A stretch of DNA of 64,000 nucleotides from Trueperaceae bacterium (GTDB taxonomy: Bacteria; Deinococcota; Deinococci; Deinococcales; Trueperaceae). This document shows, piece after piece, positions 29,975 through 40,035 of the stretch (the first letter of the stretch is position 1; every line of letters starts with the position of its first letter). The DNA lies in NCBI GenBank assembly GCA_965213705.1, contig OZ243913.1, positions 2,848,001 to 2,912,000 on the forward strand, written 5' to 3'. Under the pieces are notes generated by a model that was given only the letters and a program-made list of their open reading frames with translations, was not told the origin of the DNA and did not search any database. A program made the translations under genes and the position numbers.

Positions 29975-30706
29975 ATGTCGCAGAAAACCGTCGGCGTCAT
30001 CGGGGGGCTCGGGCCGGCGGCGACGCTCGACTTTTTTGCCAAGGTACTTGCCGAAACCAAAGCCGACAGCGACCAGGAACACCTCCACCTGCTCATCGAC
30101 AACAACCCCAAGGTGCCCAACCGCAACGAGGCCGTCGCCGGGACCGGGCCGTCACCGGGGCCGCTGTTGGCGGCGAGCGCGGTCAAACTGGAAAAAGCCG
30201 GAGCCGACTTCTTAGTGATGGTCTGCAACGCCGCGCACGCCTTTCAGCGGGATATTACCGAGGCGGTCGGTATCCCGTTCGTGAGCATCATCGAGGAAAC
30301 CGTAGCGGCGACTTTGGCAGAACTGCCCGACGTGAAAACAGTCGGGGTGCTGGCCTCGAGCGGCTGCCTGGACTCGAGCCTTTATCAGAAAGCGTTCGCC
30401 GAGCAGGATGTAACGACACTTGTGCCGACGGGTGAGGAGCGCGACACGTTTATGACCCTCCTCTACCGCATCAAGGCGGGTGATAAAGACGTCAAGGGGG
30501 ACATGCTCGAGCTGGCGAACAGCTTGATTAGCCAAGGTGCCGAGGTCATTATTGCGGGTTGCACCGAAGTCCCGCTCGTCCTGTTCGAGGCAGATTTGAA
30601 CGTGCCCCTTATCAACTCGACCGACGTGCTCGTCGAGAGCACGGTTGCCTACGCGACCGGGCTGAAAGAACTCTCTGAAGTTGCCAGTACGAAAGTTACA
30701 ACGTGA
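29975..30706 (+). CDS. Asp/Glu racemase family protein (possibly cysteate racemase CuyB)
   Basis: GVIGGLGPAAT, DQEH, CNAAH and GCTE catalytic cysteines. Confidence 0.88.
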   Translation: MSQKTVGVIGGLGPAATLDFFAKVLAETKADSDQEHLHLLIDNNPKVPNRNEAVAGTGPSPGPLLAASAVKLEKAGADFLVMVCNAAHAFQRDITEAVGIPFVSIIEETVAATLAELPDVKTVGVLASSGCLDSSLYQKAFAEQDVTTLVPTGEERDTFMTLLYRIKAGDKDVKGDMLELANSLISQGAEVIIAGCTEVPLVLFEADLNVPLINSTDVLVESTVAYATGLKELSEVASTKVTT

Positions 30707-30750
30707 GGGTTACAGTATGAAGGTTAAGGTTTCAGCATGAAAGTTTCGGC

Positions 30751-31722
30751 ATGAAAATCGTCGTGTCCGAACATCTCCCGCCGGAGGCGTTGGCCCGGCT
30801 GCAAAACGCGGCGACCGTCCACTACGACGCCGAGCTGTTCAAAAACCGTGACCGCCTCAAAGAGCAGCTTGCCGACGCCGACGCGCTCGTCGTGCGCAAC
30901 GGGACGCAGGTGGACGCCGAGCTGTTGGAGGGCGCAAAAACGCTCAAGGTCGTGGGGCGGCTCGGGGTGGGGCTGGACAATTTGATGCTGGACGAACTCC
31001 GGGCTCGAGACATCACCGTCACCTGGGCACCGGGCGCGAACGCGGTGAGCGTGGCCGAGTACGTGATGGGGGCGATGCTCGAGCTGTCCCGGCGTTTTGC
31101 AAGTATTTCCGCCGAGGTTCACGGGGGCGTTTGGGACCGCCAAGGGGCCATCGGCGCTGAAATTTACGGCAAAACCCTCGGAATTGTGGGTTTAGGCGAC
31201 ATCGGCAGCCGCTTGGCAAAGCGGGCCACGGCCTTCGGGATGAAGGTGCTGGCGAGCGACCCGGTGGTGCAGGACAACAGCTTCGCGGTGCAGGAATACG
31301 GGCTTGAGTTGCTCGAGCTGACGGCCTTGCTCGAGCGCGCCGACTTCGTCTCTTTGCACGCGCCGCTGTTGCCGAGTACGAGACACCTTATCAACGCCGA
31401 GACGTTGGCATCGTTCAAACCGTCGGCCTACCTCATCAACACCGCGCGCGGCGGCCTCGTGGACGAACAGGCGCTGGCAACTGCCTTGCGACAGGGCAAG
31501 CTCGCGGGCGCGGCGCTCGACGTGCGCGAAAACGAACCGCCCGGTAACGACGACCCGCTGCGCGGGCTGGAAAACGTCCTCCTCACGCCGCACGTCGCGG
31601 GTGTCACCGAGGCGTCGAACCTGCGCGTCTCTTTACACGTGGCGAACGACGTGCTCCGCGTTTTGAGCGGTTCCGCACCCTTGAGTAAAGTACCCATGAG
31701 CAGGGGGCCGGGCAGTGTCTGA
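30751..31722 (+). CDS. D-2-hydroxyacid dehydrogenase, SerA/(S)-sulfolactate dehydrogenase SlcC-like
   Basis: ADALVVRNGTQV, GRLGVGLDN, GANAVSVAEYV, GLGDIG, INTARGG, TPHVAGVT. Confidence 0.85.
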   Translation: MKIVVSEHLPPEALARLQNAATVHYDAELFKNRDRLKEQLADADALVVRNGTQVDAELLEGAKTLKVVGRLGVGLDNLMLDELRARDITVTWAPGANAVSVAEYVMGAMLELSRRFASISAEVHGGVWDRQGAIGAEIYGKTLGIVGLGDIGSRLAKRATAFGMKVLASDPVVQDNSFAVQEYGLELLELTALLERADFVSLHAPLLPSTRHLINAETLASFKPSAYLINTARGGLVDEQALATALRQGKLAGAALDVRENEPPGNDDPLRGLENVLLTPHVAGVTEASNLRVSLHVANDVLRVLSGSAPLSKVPMSRGPGSV

Positions 31723-32014
31723 ACATCTCGTACACCTACCGCTGGGCGTTGTACTTGTAAAACTCGACCGAGGCGGGCTCGGTTTGGGCGAGCGGGGCGG
31801 CTCTGAAGCGCGCTGGGCCGACTCGGAAACGGGCGTGATGGGGCTCGAGGCCTACCGCACGGCCGTCAAAGAGCACTTAAAAGAGGTGTACCGCCATCAA
31901 GAAGGCGGCGAGCCCGGCAACATCACCCTGAACTTAGCGAGCCATCAACTCGTCGACGACCTCGTCGGCTGGGGCAAACTGAACGCCTCGAGCCGTCCGT
32001 CCACAACAACTTAA
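31715..32014 (+). CDS. Hypothetical protein (99 aa)
   Basis: Start overlaps upstream gene; host-like codon usage; no recognised motif. Confidence 0.45.
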   Translation: MSEHLVHLPLGVVLVKLDRGGLGLGERGGSEARWADSETGVMGLEAYRTAVKEHLKEVYRHQEGGEPGNITLNLASHQLVDDLVGWGKLNASSRPSTTT

Positions 32015-32035
32015 AGAGTGCATGGAAAATGATTG

Positions 32036-32135
32036 AGCCCCCTTAACAAGGGGGTTGGGGGATTTACTTTTGTGGCTGCCTCCACAACAAGTTGTCAGAA
32101 GCAAATCCCCCTTAGTCCCCCTTGTTAAGGAGGAC
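32036..32135. repeat. Palindromic CCCCCTT..AAGGGGG repeat pair between convergent operons
   Basis: cccccttaacaagggggttgggggatt ... aatcccccttagtcccccttgttaaggagg. Confidence 0.6.
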
Positions 32136-32158
32136 ATGTAGGCGCTTTTGGGTGACCT

Positions 32159-33181
32159 CTAAAGCCCAACAATGCGCGAGCCCGCCTCCAGCGACCGCTC
32201 CACCGCTAAAGACAACGCCACCGAAGCGAGGCCGTCCGCACCCGTAGCGGGCGGGCGCGTCCCGTTGCGAATGGCGTCCAAAAAAGCCGCCGTCTGCCGC
32301 GGCACGTCGAAAGCGTGACCGGTTTTTTGCACCACGTCCAGGCGCTCGGCGGGCACGTCGCGGTCACCGCTGGTGTGCAGCCAAAGATTGGCTGTCGGGT
32401 GCTCGTCCAAGTCCATCGCCCCCGACCACTCGGCACGCAGCGAGCCCGTTTCGCCGACGATTTGCAAATCGACCCGGTGCTCGAACGCGGCAATCGAGCG
32501 CGTGATGAGGGCGCGCGTCTTGTCCGCGTACTCGAGCCTTATGTCTAGGTTCTCGTTCAAATCCTCGCGCCCCGCCCGACTGTTGGCCCAAGCTTGCAGA
32601 GCGACCGGCTCACCGCTCGTTTCCGACAAGTACCAACGCGCCAAGTCCAGGTAGTGAACCGGCTCCTCGAGAATCGAACTGCCGAGCTTTGCGGGGTCCA
32701 GCTTCCAACCGCCCGCGCCCGCCCGGTAAGGCCGCCGCCACAGGTCGAGCTTGAGGTGGACGGGTTTGCCGATGTCTTCCGCATCGAGAATTTGTTTGAC
32801 CTGTTCAAACAGGGTGAAGACGCGCATCTCGAGGCCCACCGCGAGAACTTTACCTGCTTTCTCTGCCGCCGTCAGCATCCTCTCGGCGTCCGGCAGCGTC
32901 GTCGCCAGCGGTTTTTCGACGAGGACGTGCTTGCCCGCGTTCAGTGCGGCTGTTGTGTGCTCGGCGTGGAGATAGTTCGGACTGACCACGATGACAGCTT
33001 CGGTGTCGCTGTCGAGAAAAGTCTGCATGTCCGTCGTCGTGCTAACTTTCCACTCGTTTTCAACCCGCTGTTTTGAGGTTTCGCTCGAGACCAGCACCGC
33101 CTCCAGACTTGCGCCGACCTCCTCCAACGCCCGCTTGTGAACCTCGGCCCAACGCCCCGCACCGATAAGGCCTATTTTCAT
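32159..33181 (-). CDS. Gfo/Idh/MocA family oxidoreductase
   Basis: MKIGLIGAGRWA, SPNYLH, HVLVEKP, HYLDLARW; start ATG 33181. Confidence 0.88.
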   Translation of the reverse strand: MKIGLIGAGRWAEVHKRALEEVGASLEAVLVSSETSKQRVENEWKVSTTTDMQTFLDSDTEAVIVVSPNYLHAEHTTAALNAGKHVLVEKPLATTLPDAERMLTAAEKAGKVLAVGLEMRVFTLFEQVKQILDAEDIGKPVHLKLDLWRRPYRAGAGGWKLDPAKLGSSILEEPVHYLDLARWYLSETSGEPVALQAWANSRAGREDLNENLDIRLEYADKTRALITRSIAAFEHRVDLQIVGETGSLRAEWSGAMDLDEHPTANLWLHTSGDRDVPAERLDVVQKTGHAFDVPRQTAAFLDAIRNGTRPPATGADGLASVALSLAVERSLEAGSRIVGL

Positions 33182-33239
33182 GCTCGGCCCACGCCCCCTT
33201 CTCGAGCAGAGGAGGCAAAAGGTCTTGCAGTTACTCTTC

Positions 33240-33287
33240 GTTTTCCTCTTTTTACTCGGTACTTTCCACTCGGTCCTCGGTACTTCT
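33240..33287 (-). repeat. Heptamer-based intergenic repeat, copy 3
   Basis: Minus strand agaagtaccgaggaccgagtggaaagtaccgagtaaaaagagg, nearly identical to the 6471 copy. Confidence 0.75.
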
Positions 33288-33290
33288 TTC

Positions 33291-34268
33291 TCATCGTGCC
33301 ACAGCCTCGAGCACTTCCAGGGACAGCTCGAGGGCCTCGACACCGTCGTCCGCGTCGGCCAGTTCGCGCGGGGCGTTTTCAGTCAGCTCTTTGTAAAACT
33401 GCCGAATCTCCGCCGCCCAGGGGTCGCGTCCGCTCTCAAAGCGGGTTACGCCCGCGCCGTTTGACAACTCGACCGGATTCGTCAGATAATCCCAACTCGC
33501 CTCGACAAGTCCGCCGGGGCCGACGTAAACGTGCTTTTCGCGAAAAAGCACGCCCTCGGGCAGGCCCCAGGTGATGAGCAGTTGGACGGTGTTCGCGCCG
33601 TACTCGAGCACAATCGCGGCGCTGTCGACCGCTTTGTCTTCAATCCCGACAAGCTGAGGTTTGTCCGCGCCGTAGGTGTGACCCGCCGCGTGGACGAGCC
33701 GGGGTGACGCGTCAAACATCCGCTTCCACATGTCGAACAGGTGGCAGCACATGTCGACGACGGGGCCGCCGTTAGCGTTTTTTGCGTGCATGAGGCGCTT
33801 CGGGCGAATTCCGGCGGTCACGGTGACGCTCCCCAGCACCGGCCCGCCAACAGCCTCCAACCGACTCAACAGCACCGGATAAGATGGGTCGAAGCGGCGC
33901 ATAAAGCCGATGCGGAGTTCGCGGTCGTTGGCTTCGGCAGCACTTTTCATGGCGTGGGCGTCCTCAAGCGTGAGTGCGATAGGTTTCTCGCAGAGGACGT
34001 GCTTACCCGCATTCAGACAGTCAATCGTGATGGGCGCGTGCAAAAACGTCGGCGTGCAGACCGAGACCACGTGAACATCGTCCCGCTGCAACATCTTTTT
34101 GTAGTCCGCCGCCGCGAGCGCCCCGCACACGTCGGCCGAAGCTTGGGCGCGGTTTACGTCCGGGTCGCAGACCGCGACGACCTTCGCCCCCGCCGCCGTC
34201 CAGTGCAGCGCGTGGCGCGTGCCCATGTCGCCCGCGCCGACAACAAGCACGCCGAGCGCGCCGTTCAC
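33291..34268 (-). CDS. Gfo/Idh/MocA family oxidoreductase
   Basis: VVGAGDMG, CTPTFLH, HVLCEKP, GFMRRFD, GGPVVDMCCH. Confidence 0.88.
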   Translation of the reverse strand: MNGALGVLVVGAGDMGTRHALHWTAAGAKVVAVCDPDVNRAQASADVCGALAAADYKKMLQRDDVHVVSVCTPTFLHAPITIDCLNAGKHVLCEKPIALTLEDAHAMKSAAEANDRELRIGFMRRFDPSYPVLLSRLEAVGGPVLGSVTVTAGIRPKRLMHAKNANGGPVVDMCCHLFDMWKRMFDASPRLVHAAGHTYGADKPQLVGIEDKAVDSAAIVLEYGANTVQLLITWGLPEGVLFREKHVYVGPGGLVEASWDYLTNPVELSNGAGVTRFESGRDPWAAEIRQFYKELTENAPRELADADDGVEALELSLEVLEAVAR

Positions 34269-35332
34269 GCGCCATAGTCCGTTACCCAGGTGGGTGAGGC
34301 GGCCTCGAGTTCAACCGCACCACCGTAGCGCCGGTGCTGCGTCCACGGCGTCGCCGCGTCGGCCGCGCCGGAAATCTGCCGGAGGTAGGGCAAGGACTTT
34401 TCTCGCAAACGCGCTTCGACCGCCTCTAAGTCAGGATATGCGTCCAGCGCGTCCAACCACACCGCCCGCCCCGCTAAAAAGCCGCTTGCGCCCGCTTGAA
34501 ACGCGAGGTCTAAGTTCAGCGCGAACTCGAGCGGCCCCACACCTGCCGAGAGGAGCACCCAAGGCACGTTGGTGATGTCGTCAAGCTCTTTGAGATAACC
34601 TTTAACTTCGTCCAACGTGTACGCCGCTTCCCGCGCGGCGCCCCCGAACGCGCCCGCTGCGAACTCCTTGGTGCATTTGAGGTCGGCGGGAAACTCGAGC
34701 TTGAGCAAGTCCACGCCGAAGCGGTCATCTGAGTAATAGCGGACGGACTCGAGCACGCGTTGCGGCTTGGCGCGGGCGTACTCGAGCGAGTCCGGGTCCT
34801 CGCCCGGTTTGGGATAGATGAGCAGTTCCAGCACGAACGGAATATCCCGCAGCCGGCATTCGTCACCGACCTCTTTTATAAACGCGTCCTGATGCGCTTG
34901 CGTGTCTTCACGGATGTCCGGGCGGTGCCAGGCGAGGACTTTGACACCCGCCGCGCCGCTGCGTTTGATTTTTTTGACCGACCAGTTTTGAATAGGCCGC
35001 GACAGGCGCTCGCCGTCTGTCACCTCGAAGTCGTAGCCCTCGAGGGTACTCAGCAGCCCGACCCGCCCCGGAATGTGGACAAGCGCGTGCGGGTGCGTCC
35101 ACACCGGGTCGACCAGCACCGCCGTCGCCTCGGGCGCGAGGGTTTTGGTGAGTAAAGTCTTGATGCTCGCCACCTCGTCGTAAGCAACCTCGTCGGGTTT
35201 GCGCGAGCCGTGCTTGGCGAGGGCGTTGAAAATGGGTGGGCGCTGGTCGACGGCAATCATCTTGAAAACGCCGCGGTCGTCGGCAAGAGTTTGCAAGCTG
35301 CGGTACTTGCCTGCGGGAAGGGTCGCTGTCAT
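34265..35332 (-). CDS. Class I aldolase, tagatose-1,6-bisphosphate (LacD)/sulfofructosephosphate (YihT) family
   Basis: MIAVDQR, DLLKLEFP (Schiff-base Lys), WVLLSAGV, GASGFLAGRAVW. Confidence 0.88.
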   Translation of the reverse strand: MTATLPAGKYRSLQTLADDRGVFKMIAVDQRPPIFNALAKHGSRKPDEVAYDEVASIKTLLTKTLAPEATAVLVDPVWTHPHALVHIPGRVGLLSTLEGYDFEVTDGERLSRPIQNWSVKKIKRSGAAGVKVLAWHRPDIREDTQAHQDAFIKEVGDECRLRDIPFVLELLIYPKPGEDPDSLEYARAKPQRVLESVRYYSDDRFGVDLLKLEFPADLKCTKEFAAGAFGGAAREAAYTLDEVKGYLKELDDITNVPWVLLSAGVGPLEFALNLDLAFQAGASGFLAGRAVWLDALDAYPDLEAVEARLREKSLPYLRQISGAADAATPWTQHRRYGGAVELEAASPTWVTDYGA

Positions 35333-35363
35333 TCAAAACCTCGGTTCGTCGGTTCGTGAGATG

Positions 35364-36323
35364 CTAAATCCACTCGAGTTCGTCCATCTCTCGAGCCGTT
35401 TTCTCCTCGAGCAGGTGCTCGACTTCTGCCGTCGTGGGAATTCCGGCGCGGCCGCCCAAGGCGGTGCATTTCAGGGCCGCCGTCACCGAGGCGAACAGGC
35501 CGCATCTGCCAACGTCCCACTGGCTCGCGACCGCGTAGGCGTAAGCGCCGTGGAACACGTCGCCCGCGCCGGTCGTGTCGATGACGTTCACCGCCAGGGC
35601 GGGGATGTGGCGGGTGTCACCCTGATGTTCAAAGAGAAAGCCGTTCTCGCCCAGGGTGATGCCGACGAGTTGTGACTCGGACTGTCGCAGCGCGGCCAGC
35701 GCCGCCTCGGGCTCGTTGCGGCCCGATACGTCGGCGGCGCATTCCTCACTTGCGATGAGGTAGTCCGCGTACCGCGCCAGGTGCCAGTTGCGGGTGTTGC
35801 TGAAGTCGCCCACCACAGGTACGCCCTGTGCCTTCGCCTCTTTCAAAACCGCTTCGCTCATCACGGGATGCCGAGCGTCGGTGAGGACGCAGTCGAACGA
35901 AGTAACGCGGGACAGCTCGAGCCCCTGAGCTGAATCCTCTAGGTTCGCCGGGTAGTAAGGGAAAATGTAACGCTCCCCATCCGGCGCAACCACGATGCCG
36001 CTGACGATAGTTTCTGCACCTTCCGGCGTGCGGAGGTTGTTGCAATCGACGCCGAACGCCTCGAGTTCCGCACGAGCCGCCCGACCGTTGGCATCGTCAC
36101 CGTGGAGCGCCCACAACTCGACCGCCGCCCCCAGCCGCGCCGCCGTGACTGCCGCGGTCGCCGCGGGGCCGCCCCCCTGCGAGCGGTAGGCCGTGGCGCG
36201 CGTGCGCGAGTTCGTCGGCGGAAAGTTTTCGACCTGCCAAACGTGGTCGATACAAGACAGCCCGACCATGAGAATCTTTTTACTCCCCCCTTTCAGGGAG
36301 GCCGGGGGGGTCTCCCCACTCAC
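35364..36323 (-). CDS. PfkB family kinase, sulfofructose kinase (YihV)-like
   Basis: GGGPAATAAVTAARLG, DTTGAGDVFHGA, AALKCTALGGRAGIP; GTG 36323 overlaps upstream stop. Confidence 0.85.
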   Translation of the reverse strand: MSGETPPASLKGGSKKILMVGLSCIDHVWQVENFPPTNSRTRATAYRSQGGGPAATAAVTAARLGAAVELWALHGDDANGRAARAELEAFGVDCNNLRTPEGAETIVSGIVVAPDGERYIFPYYPANLEDSAQGLELSRVTSFDCVLTDARHPVMSEAVLKEAKAQGVPVVGDFSNTRNWHLARYADYLIASEECAADVSGRNEPEAALAALRQSESQLVGITLGENGFLFEHQGDTRHIPALAVNVIDTTGAGDVFHGAYAYAVASQWDVGRCGLFASVTAALKCTALGGRAGIPTTAEVEHLLEEKTAREMDELEWI

Positions 36324-37750
36324 AAGGTGTTCCGTAAGGGGCGAGGCTCGAGCACGTCCGCCCCCAACCACCCACTGAGTTCGTTCAAAGCTTCGGTCAA
36401 CTCCCCCGTCCCAAAGGCGAAGTGGTGCGGCAAGCGGTATTCGAGGACGTTGGCAACGAAGGTTTGAGCGTCGACGCTTTGCCCGTTCCACTTCAACGCG
36501 CCGAGCCAGCCGCGCACGCCGTCGAAGCCGACTTTGTCCGGTGAGGTGAAAACGCCCGAGGTGACGAGCGCCGCCCGCCCCTCTGAGAGCAAGCGAAAGC
36601 CCGTCGCCGCACCCGGCCGGAGCGCCATGTCCCGCACCACGCCCACGCCGTCGCGGTTGAAGTGCGTGGTGAGCCGCGTGTGAGCGCCCGCGGCCCAGTT
36701 CAGGGGCGCGTTGCCGCAGTGCCAGAACTGGAGGGTGTCGTCTGCCATGTCTACATCGGACAAATCCATCAAAGCCGCCGCCTCCCCACTCACGCCTTGC
36801 AAAACGCGCATCGAGAGCGCGCCCATCACGTCGCCTTCGCAAGCGGTGGGGAGGTTCGCGTCGCCCAAGCGCCCGACCGCGGCGCAGGCCATCGCGCCGC
36901 AAGCGTCGGGGAGTTCGGGCCAGCAGCGCACAGCTAGAGCGTTGTAATCACCTTCTTCGGCTAGAGAACGTAAAGCGAGTTCGACTCGAGCCGCGTTTTG
37001 CAAGTCTTCAAATGAGGCCTCGAGCTTCTCTTGTTTTTCCCAATCCTTTGCCAAAGCTTCAGCTTCTTTTTCGGGAACGCTCGAGACCCGCTCGAACAGC
37101 TCGGCAAGCTCTTTCGTTTCGACAGTGACGGTTTTTAATGAGGGCCGCTCCTGGATACCGAAAAATGAGGGTGCAGTACCGCCGATTTGCAAGATGCGGG
37201 TGGTCTCGAGCGCTTTGAGACCTTTGAGAGCGGCCAGGGTGGGCTCGAGGCGCGCCCGGAACCAGTCGCTCGTCGCCTCGCCGTAAAACCACTTCACGGG
37301 TTCTTTTTTGGCAACCTCGGGGTGCTCCAAAAAACTCAACGTCATGTTCATTCCGCAGAGCGCGTTCAGCGGCAGCGGCCCGCCCGCGCCGCGCCCACCC
37401 GCTGACTCGGGCAGCGCCCAAACGCCGACGCGCTGTGCCGCGTGCAGCAGCGGCACGAGGAGGTCGCCGGTCGTGAAGGTCGTATGTTGGATGAGAAGGA
37501 AATCGAGCTTTTGAGCTTGCAGCTGTGCAGCGGCCTGGTTAGCTGCATCTAAACTGCTCACAGCGAACGTCGGAATTTCCTGCCCCGTCGCCACGTGCTC
37601 GTCGTTGCCGGAGACGCTGGCGGTGATAACCTCGAAATCGTGTTCACTCCCCAAATGTCGGAGATTCTCGAGACTTTTCCTCGCCGCTGTGGGCGAATCC
37701 CCTTTGAATAATGGTCGAATGATACTCACGAACCCGATGCGTAAACCCAT
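36320..37750 (-). CDS. L-fucose/L-arabinose isomerase-like protein
   Basis: Start MGLRIGFVS at 37750; TFTTGD, WALPE, AVRCWPE, ACEGDVMGA, FWHCG, LPHH metal ligands. Confidence 0.82.
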   Translation of the reverse strand: MGLRIGFVSIIRPLFKGDSPTAARKSLENLRHLGSEHDFEVITASVSGNDEHVATGQEIPTFAVSSLDAANQAAAQLQAQKLDFLLIQHTTFTTGDLLVPLLHAAQRVGVWALPESAGGRGAGGPLPLNALCGMNMTLSFLEHPEVAKKEPVKWFYGEATSDWFRARLEPTLAALKGLKALETTRILQIGGTAPSFFGIQERPSLKTVTVETKELAELFERVSSVPEKEAEALAKDWEKQEKLEASFEDLQNAARVELALRSLAEEGDYNALAVRCWPELPDACGAMACAAVGRLGDANLPTACEGDVMGALSMRVLQGVSGEAAALMDLSDVDMADDTLQFWHCGNAPLNWAAGAHTRLTTHFNRDGVGVVRDMALRPGAATGFRLLSEGRAALVTSGVFTSPDKVGFDGVRGWLGALKWNGQSVDAQTFVANVLEYRLPHHFAFGTGELTEALNELSGWLGADVLEPRPLRNTL

Positions 37751-37761
37751 AGCTGCTAAGT

Positions 37762-38676
37762 CTACCCCTTGACCCCGCCCGCGGTCAGCCCGCTGATAAT
37801 GCGCTGCTGGAAAAAGATGATTAAAACGACCAGCGGCACTATTCCCAAAATGAGCGCCGCGCTGATAATCGCCCAGTCGAACGAGAACTCGCCCTGGTAG
37901 AGGATGATGCCGACCGGCACGGTGCGCATCTGCCGTGCGGTGTTGAAGGTGAACGCCAGCAAAAACTCGTTCCAGGAGTTGACGAACACGATGATGCCCG
38001 CCGTGACGATGCCCGGCGCGGACAAGGGCGCGACCACGCGGAACAGCGCGCCGACCCGTGAGGAGCCGTCCACCATCGCCGCGCTCTCCAAATCCTCGGG
38101 GATGAGTTGGAAAAAGCTCGTTAGGATGAGGGTCGAAATAGGGATGCTCAAAGCCACGTAAGGGATGATGAGGGCCGGGTAGGTGTTGAGCAGGTTCGGC
38201 GTCGTGACCACGTCGGGCATACCGCCGAAGCCGACAAGCTCGAGCCACCCCACGAACGCGCTCAAAAGGGGCACCTCGACCCCGACGAACAGCCGGTAGA
38301 GCGGCACCAGCAGCACCAGCGCCGGGAACATGCTCGTCATGACGATGAGCGTGAGAATCGCGCGCCGCCCCGGCAACCGCAGCCGCGCCAGCGCGTAGCC
38401 CGCCAGCGCCGCGAACAGCACACACACCAGCGTCGACACGACCGACACGACCGCCGAATTGAGCAAAAAGCGCGCGAACGGGTTGTCCCGAAACACGTCG
38501 ACGTAGTGCCGCAGCGTCGGGTTCTGCGGAAGGTAGGTTATCGGCAGTTGGACAAGCTCGCCGTCTAGCTTCAGGGAGGTCAAAAAGAGCCACAGCACCG
38601 GGAAAATCCCGCCCAGAATCATCAAGACGAGAAGGATGTTGAGGAAGACTTTGCTGCGCAAGCTCAAGTCAGTCAT
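37762..38676 (-). CDS. Carbohydrate ABC transporter permease (MalG-like)
   Basis: IPEDLESAAMVDG, SWNEF, GLTAGGVKG. Confidence 0.92.
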   Translation of the reverse strand: MTDLSLRSKVFLNILLVLMILGGIFPVLWLFLTSLKLDGELVQLPITYLPQNPTLRHYVDVFRDNPFARFLLNSAVVSVVSTLVCVLFAALAGYALARLRLPGRRAILTLIVMTSMFPALVLLVPLYRLFVGVEVPLLSAFVGWLELVGFGGMPDVVTTPNLLNTYPALIIPYVALSIPISTLILTSFFQLIPEDLESAAMVDGSSRVGALFRVVAPLSAPGIVTAGIIVFVNSWNEFLLAFTFNTARQMRTVPVGIILYQGEFSFDWAIISAALILGIVPLVVLIIFFQQRIISGLTAGGVKG

Positions 38677-39883
38677 TGGTGTAAATCCACCTTAAGTAAA
38701 ACACCGTGATGCTGAGGCTGAGGACGAACAGCATCACCGACAGCGCCGCCGCGTAGCCGATGTTCGAGGCGTTGACGGTGTTGTAGATGTAAAGCCCCAA
38801 CGTTTCTAAGGTGCGCCCCGGCCCGCCCCGCGTCATCGCAAAAGGCTCGTCGAAAGTCTGGATGGCGGTGAGGGTGCGAAAAATCAGCGCGACCGCAATC
38901 GACGGGCGCAGCAGCGGCAGGGTCACGCGCCAGAAGCGTTGCCAGGCGTTCGCGCCGTCCACGGTTGCGGCCTCGTAAAGGCTTTTGTCCACCGACTGCA
39001 AGCCTGCCAGCAGAATCAGCGCCACGAACGAAGAGGTTTTCCAGATAATCGTCGTGTTGACGGCAATGACGGCGGGCAAATCCCTCGCCAGCCAAAACAC
39101 GCCCCGGTCGCCTATCAGCACCGGGTCGATAAAGGTTTGCAGCAGCGCGTTGATGCCGAGCCGCCCGAACAGGTCGTTGATGACGCCGTAATCGCTCTGA
39201 AACAGCCACGCGAAAGTGAGGCCGGTGAACGCCCTCGGCATCGCCCAGGGTAACAGCAGCGCCACCCGCCCGAGCCACTTGATGGGCGACTCGACGTTCG
39301 CCAGCAGCGCCAGCGGCAGGCCGACCAAAAACGAGCCCACCACACTTACAAACAAAATGGTGAGCGTGATTTGAAACGAGTTCCAAAACCGCGCGTCGCC
39401 CCAGCGCCCGGCCTCGCCCGGATGAAAGCCGAGCAGCACGCCGAACACGAGGACGAGGAGAAGCGTCCAGCCCACGGCTGAAACTTTCGAGAGTCTGCCG
39501 CGCAGCGCCGCCCACCACACCGCCACGAGAGCGAGCAGGCCGAGGACGCGGAGGCCGACGAGGTGCGTCGCGTCCCACACCGCACAGTCGCCCCAGAAGG
39601 TTTCGGCTGCGGGTCGGCACTGAATCCACAATACTTTGCGGAAGTTTTCCAGACCTACAAACGGCGTCCCTTCGTAAGGGCGCAACAGGTTTTCGCTGTG
39701 GACCGACTGCCACAGCACGCTCACCACCGGGTAGAACATCACCACGGCGAGCGTGAGCAGGGCGGGCAGCAGCAGCAGCACGCCGAGTTGCACGTCGCTC
39801 AGGTTGCCGGTGCGCAGCCGTTTCCAGAAACCCGGCCGGCGGTACGGGGTGGGTGTGTCGGTAGTTTGAGAAGACAAGGCCAT
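38669..39883 (-). CDS. Carbohydrate ABC transporter permease (MalF-like)
   Basis: LYEAATVDGANAWQRFWRVTLPLL, TRGGPG. Confidence 0.92.
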   Translation of the reverse strand: MALSSQTTDTPTPYRRPGFWKRLRTGNLSDVQLGVLLLLPALLTLAVVMFYPVVSVLWQSVHSENLLRPYEGTPFVGLENFRKVLWIQCRPAAETFWGDCAVWDATHLVGLRVLGLLALVAVWWAALRGRLSKVSAVGWTLLLVLVFGVLLGFHPGEAGRWGDARFWNSFQITLTILFVSVVGSFLVGLPLALLANVESPIKWLGRVALLLPWAMPRAFTGLTFAWLFQSDYGVINDLFGRLGINALLQTFIDPVLIGDRGVFWLARDLPAVIAVNTTIIWKTSSFVALILLAGLQSVDKSLYEAATVDGANAWQRFWRVTLPLLRPSIAVALIFRTLTAIQTFDEPFAMTRGGPGRTLETLGLYIYNTVNASNIGYAAALSVMLFVLSLSITVFYLRWIYTND

Positions 39884-39915
39884 AAAATAACTTACGTTAC
39901 GCAGACGTTGAGGAG

Positions 39916-39970
39916 GTACCGAGTACCGAGTGAAAAGTAGAAAGTGAAATCAAAAGCTTTTTCTCTCCCG
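39916..39970 (+). repeat. Heptamer-based intergenic repeat, copy 4
   Basis: gtaccgagtaccgagtgaaaagtagaaagtgaaatcaaaagcttttctctcc. Confidence 0.7.
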
Positions 39971-40003
39971 CTCGAGCCAAAGCCCAAGCTGAAACAACGA
40001 AGT

Positions 40004-40028
40004 GGGGGCGGGTTTCAAACCCGCCCCC
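40004..40028. repeat. REP-like hairpin after the solute-binding protein gene
   Basis: GGGGGCGGGTTT-C-AAACCCGCCCCC. Confidence 0.7.
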
Positions 40029-40035
40029 GTGCGTG

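Noticed and set aside
35364..36902. 512-aa ORF for the PfkB kinase
   Set aside because: The extension overlaps the isomerase gene in another frame; a coupled GTG start lies at 36323
36320..38593. 757-aa ORF as a single fusion protein
   Set aside because: The N-terminal 281 codons are an alternative frame of the ABC permease; the isomerase plausibly starts at ATG 37750
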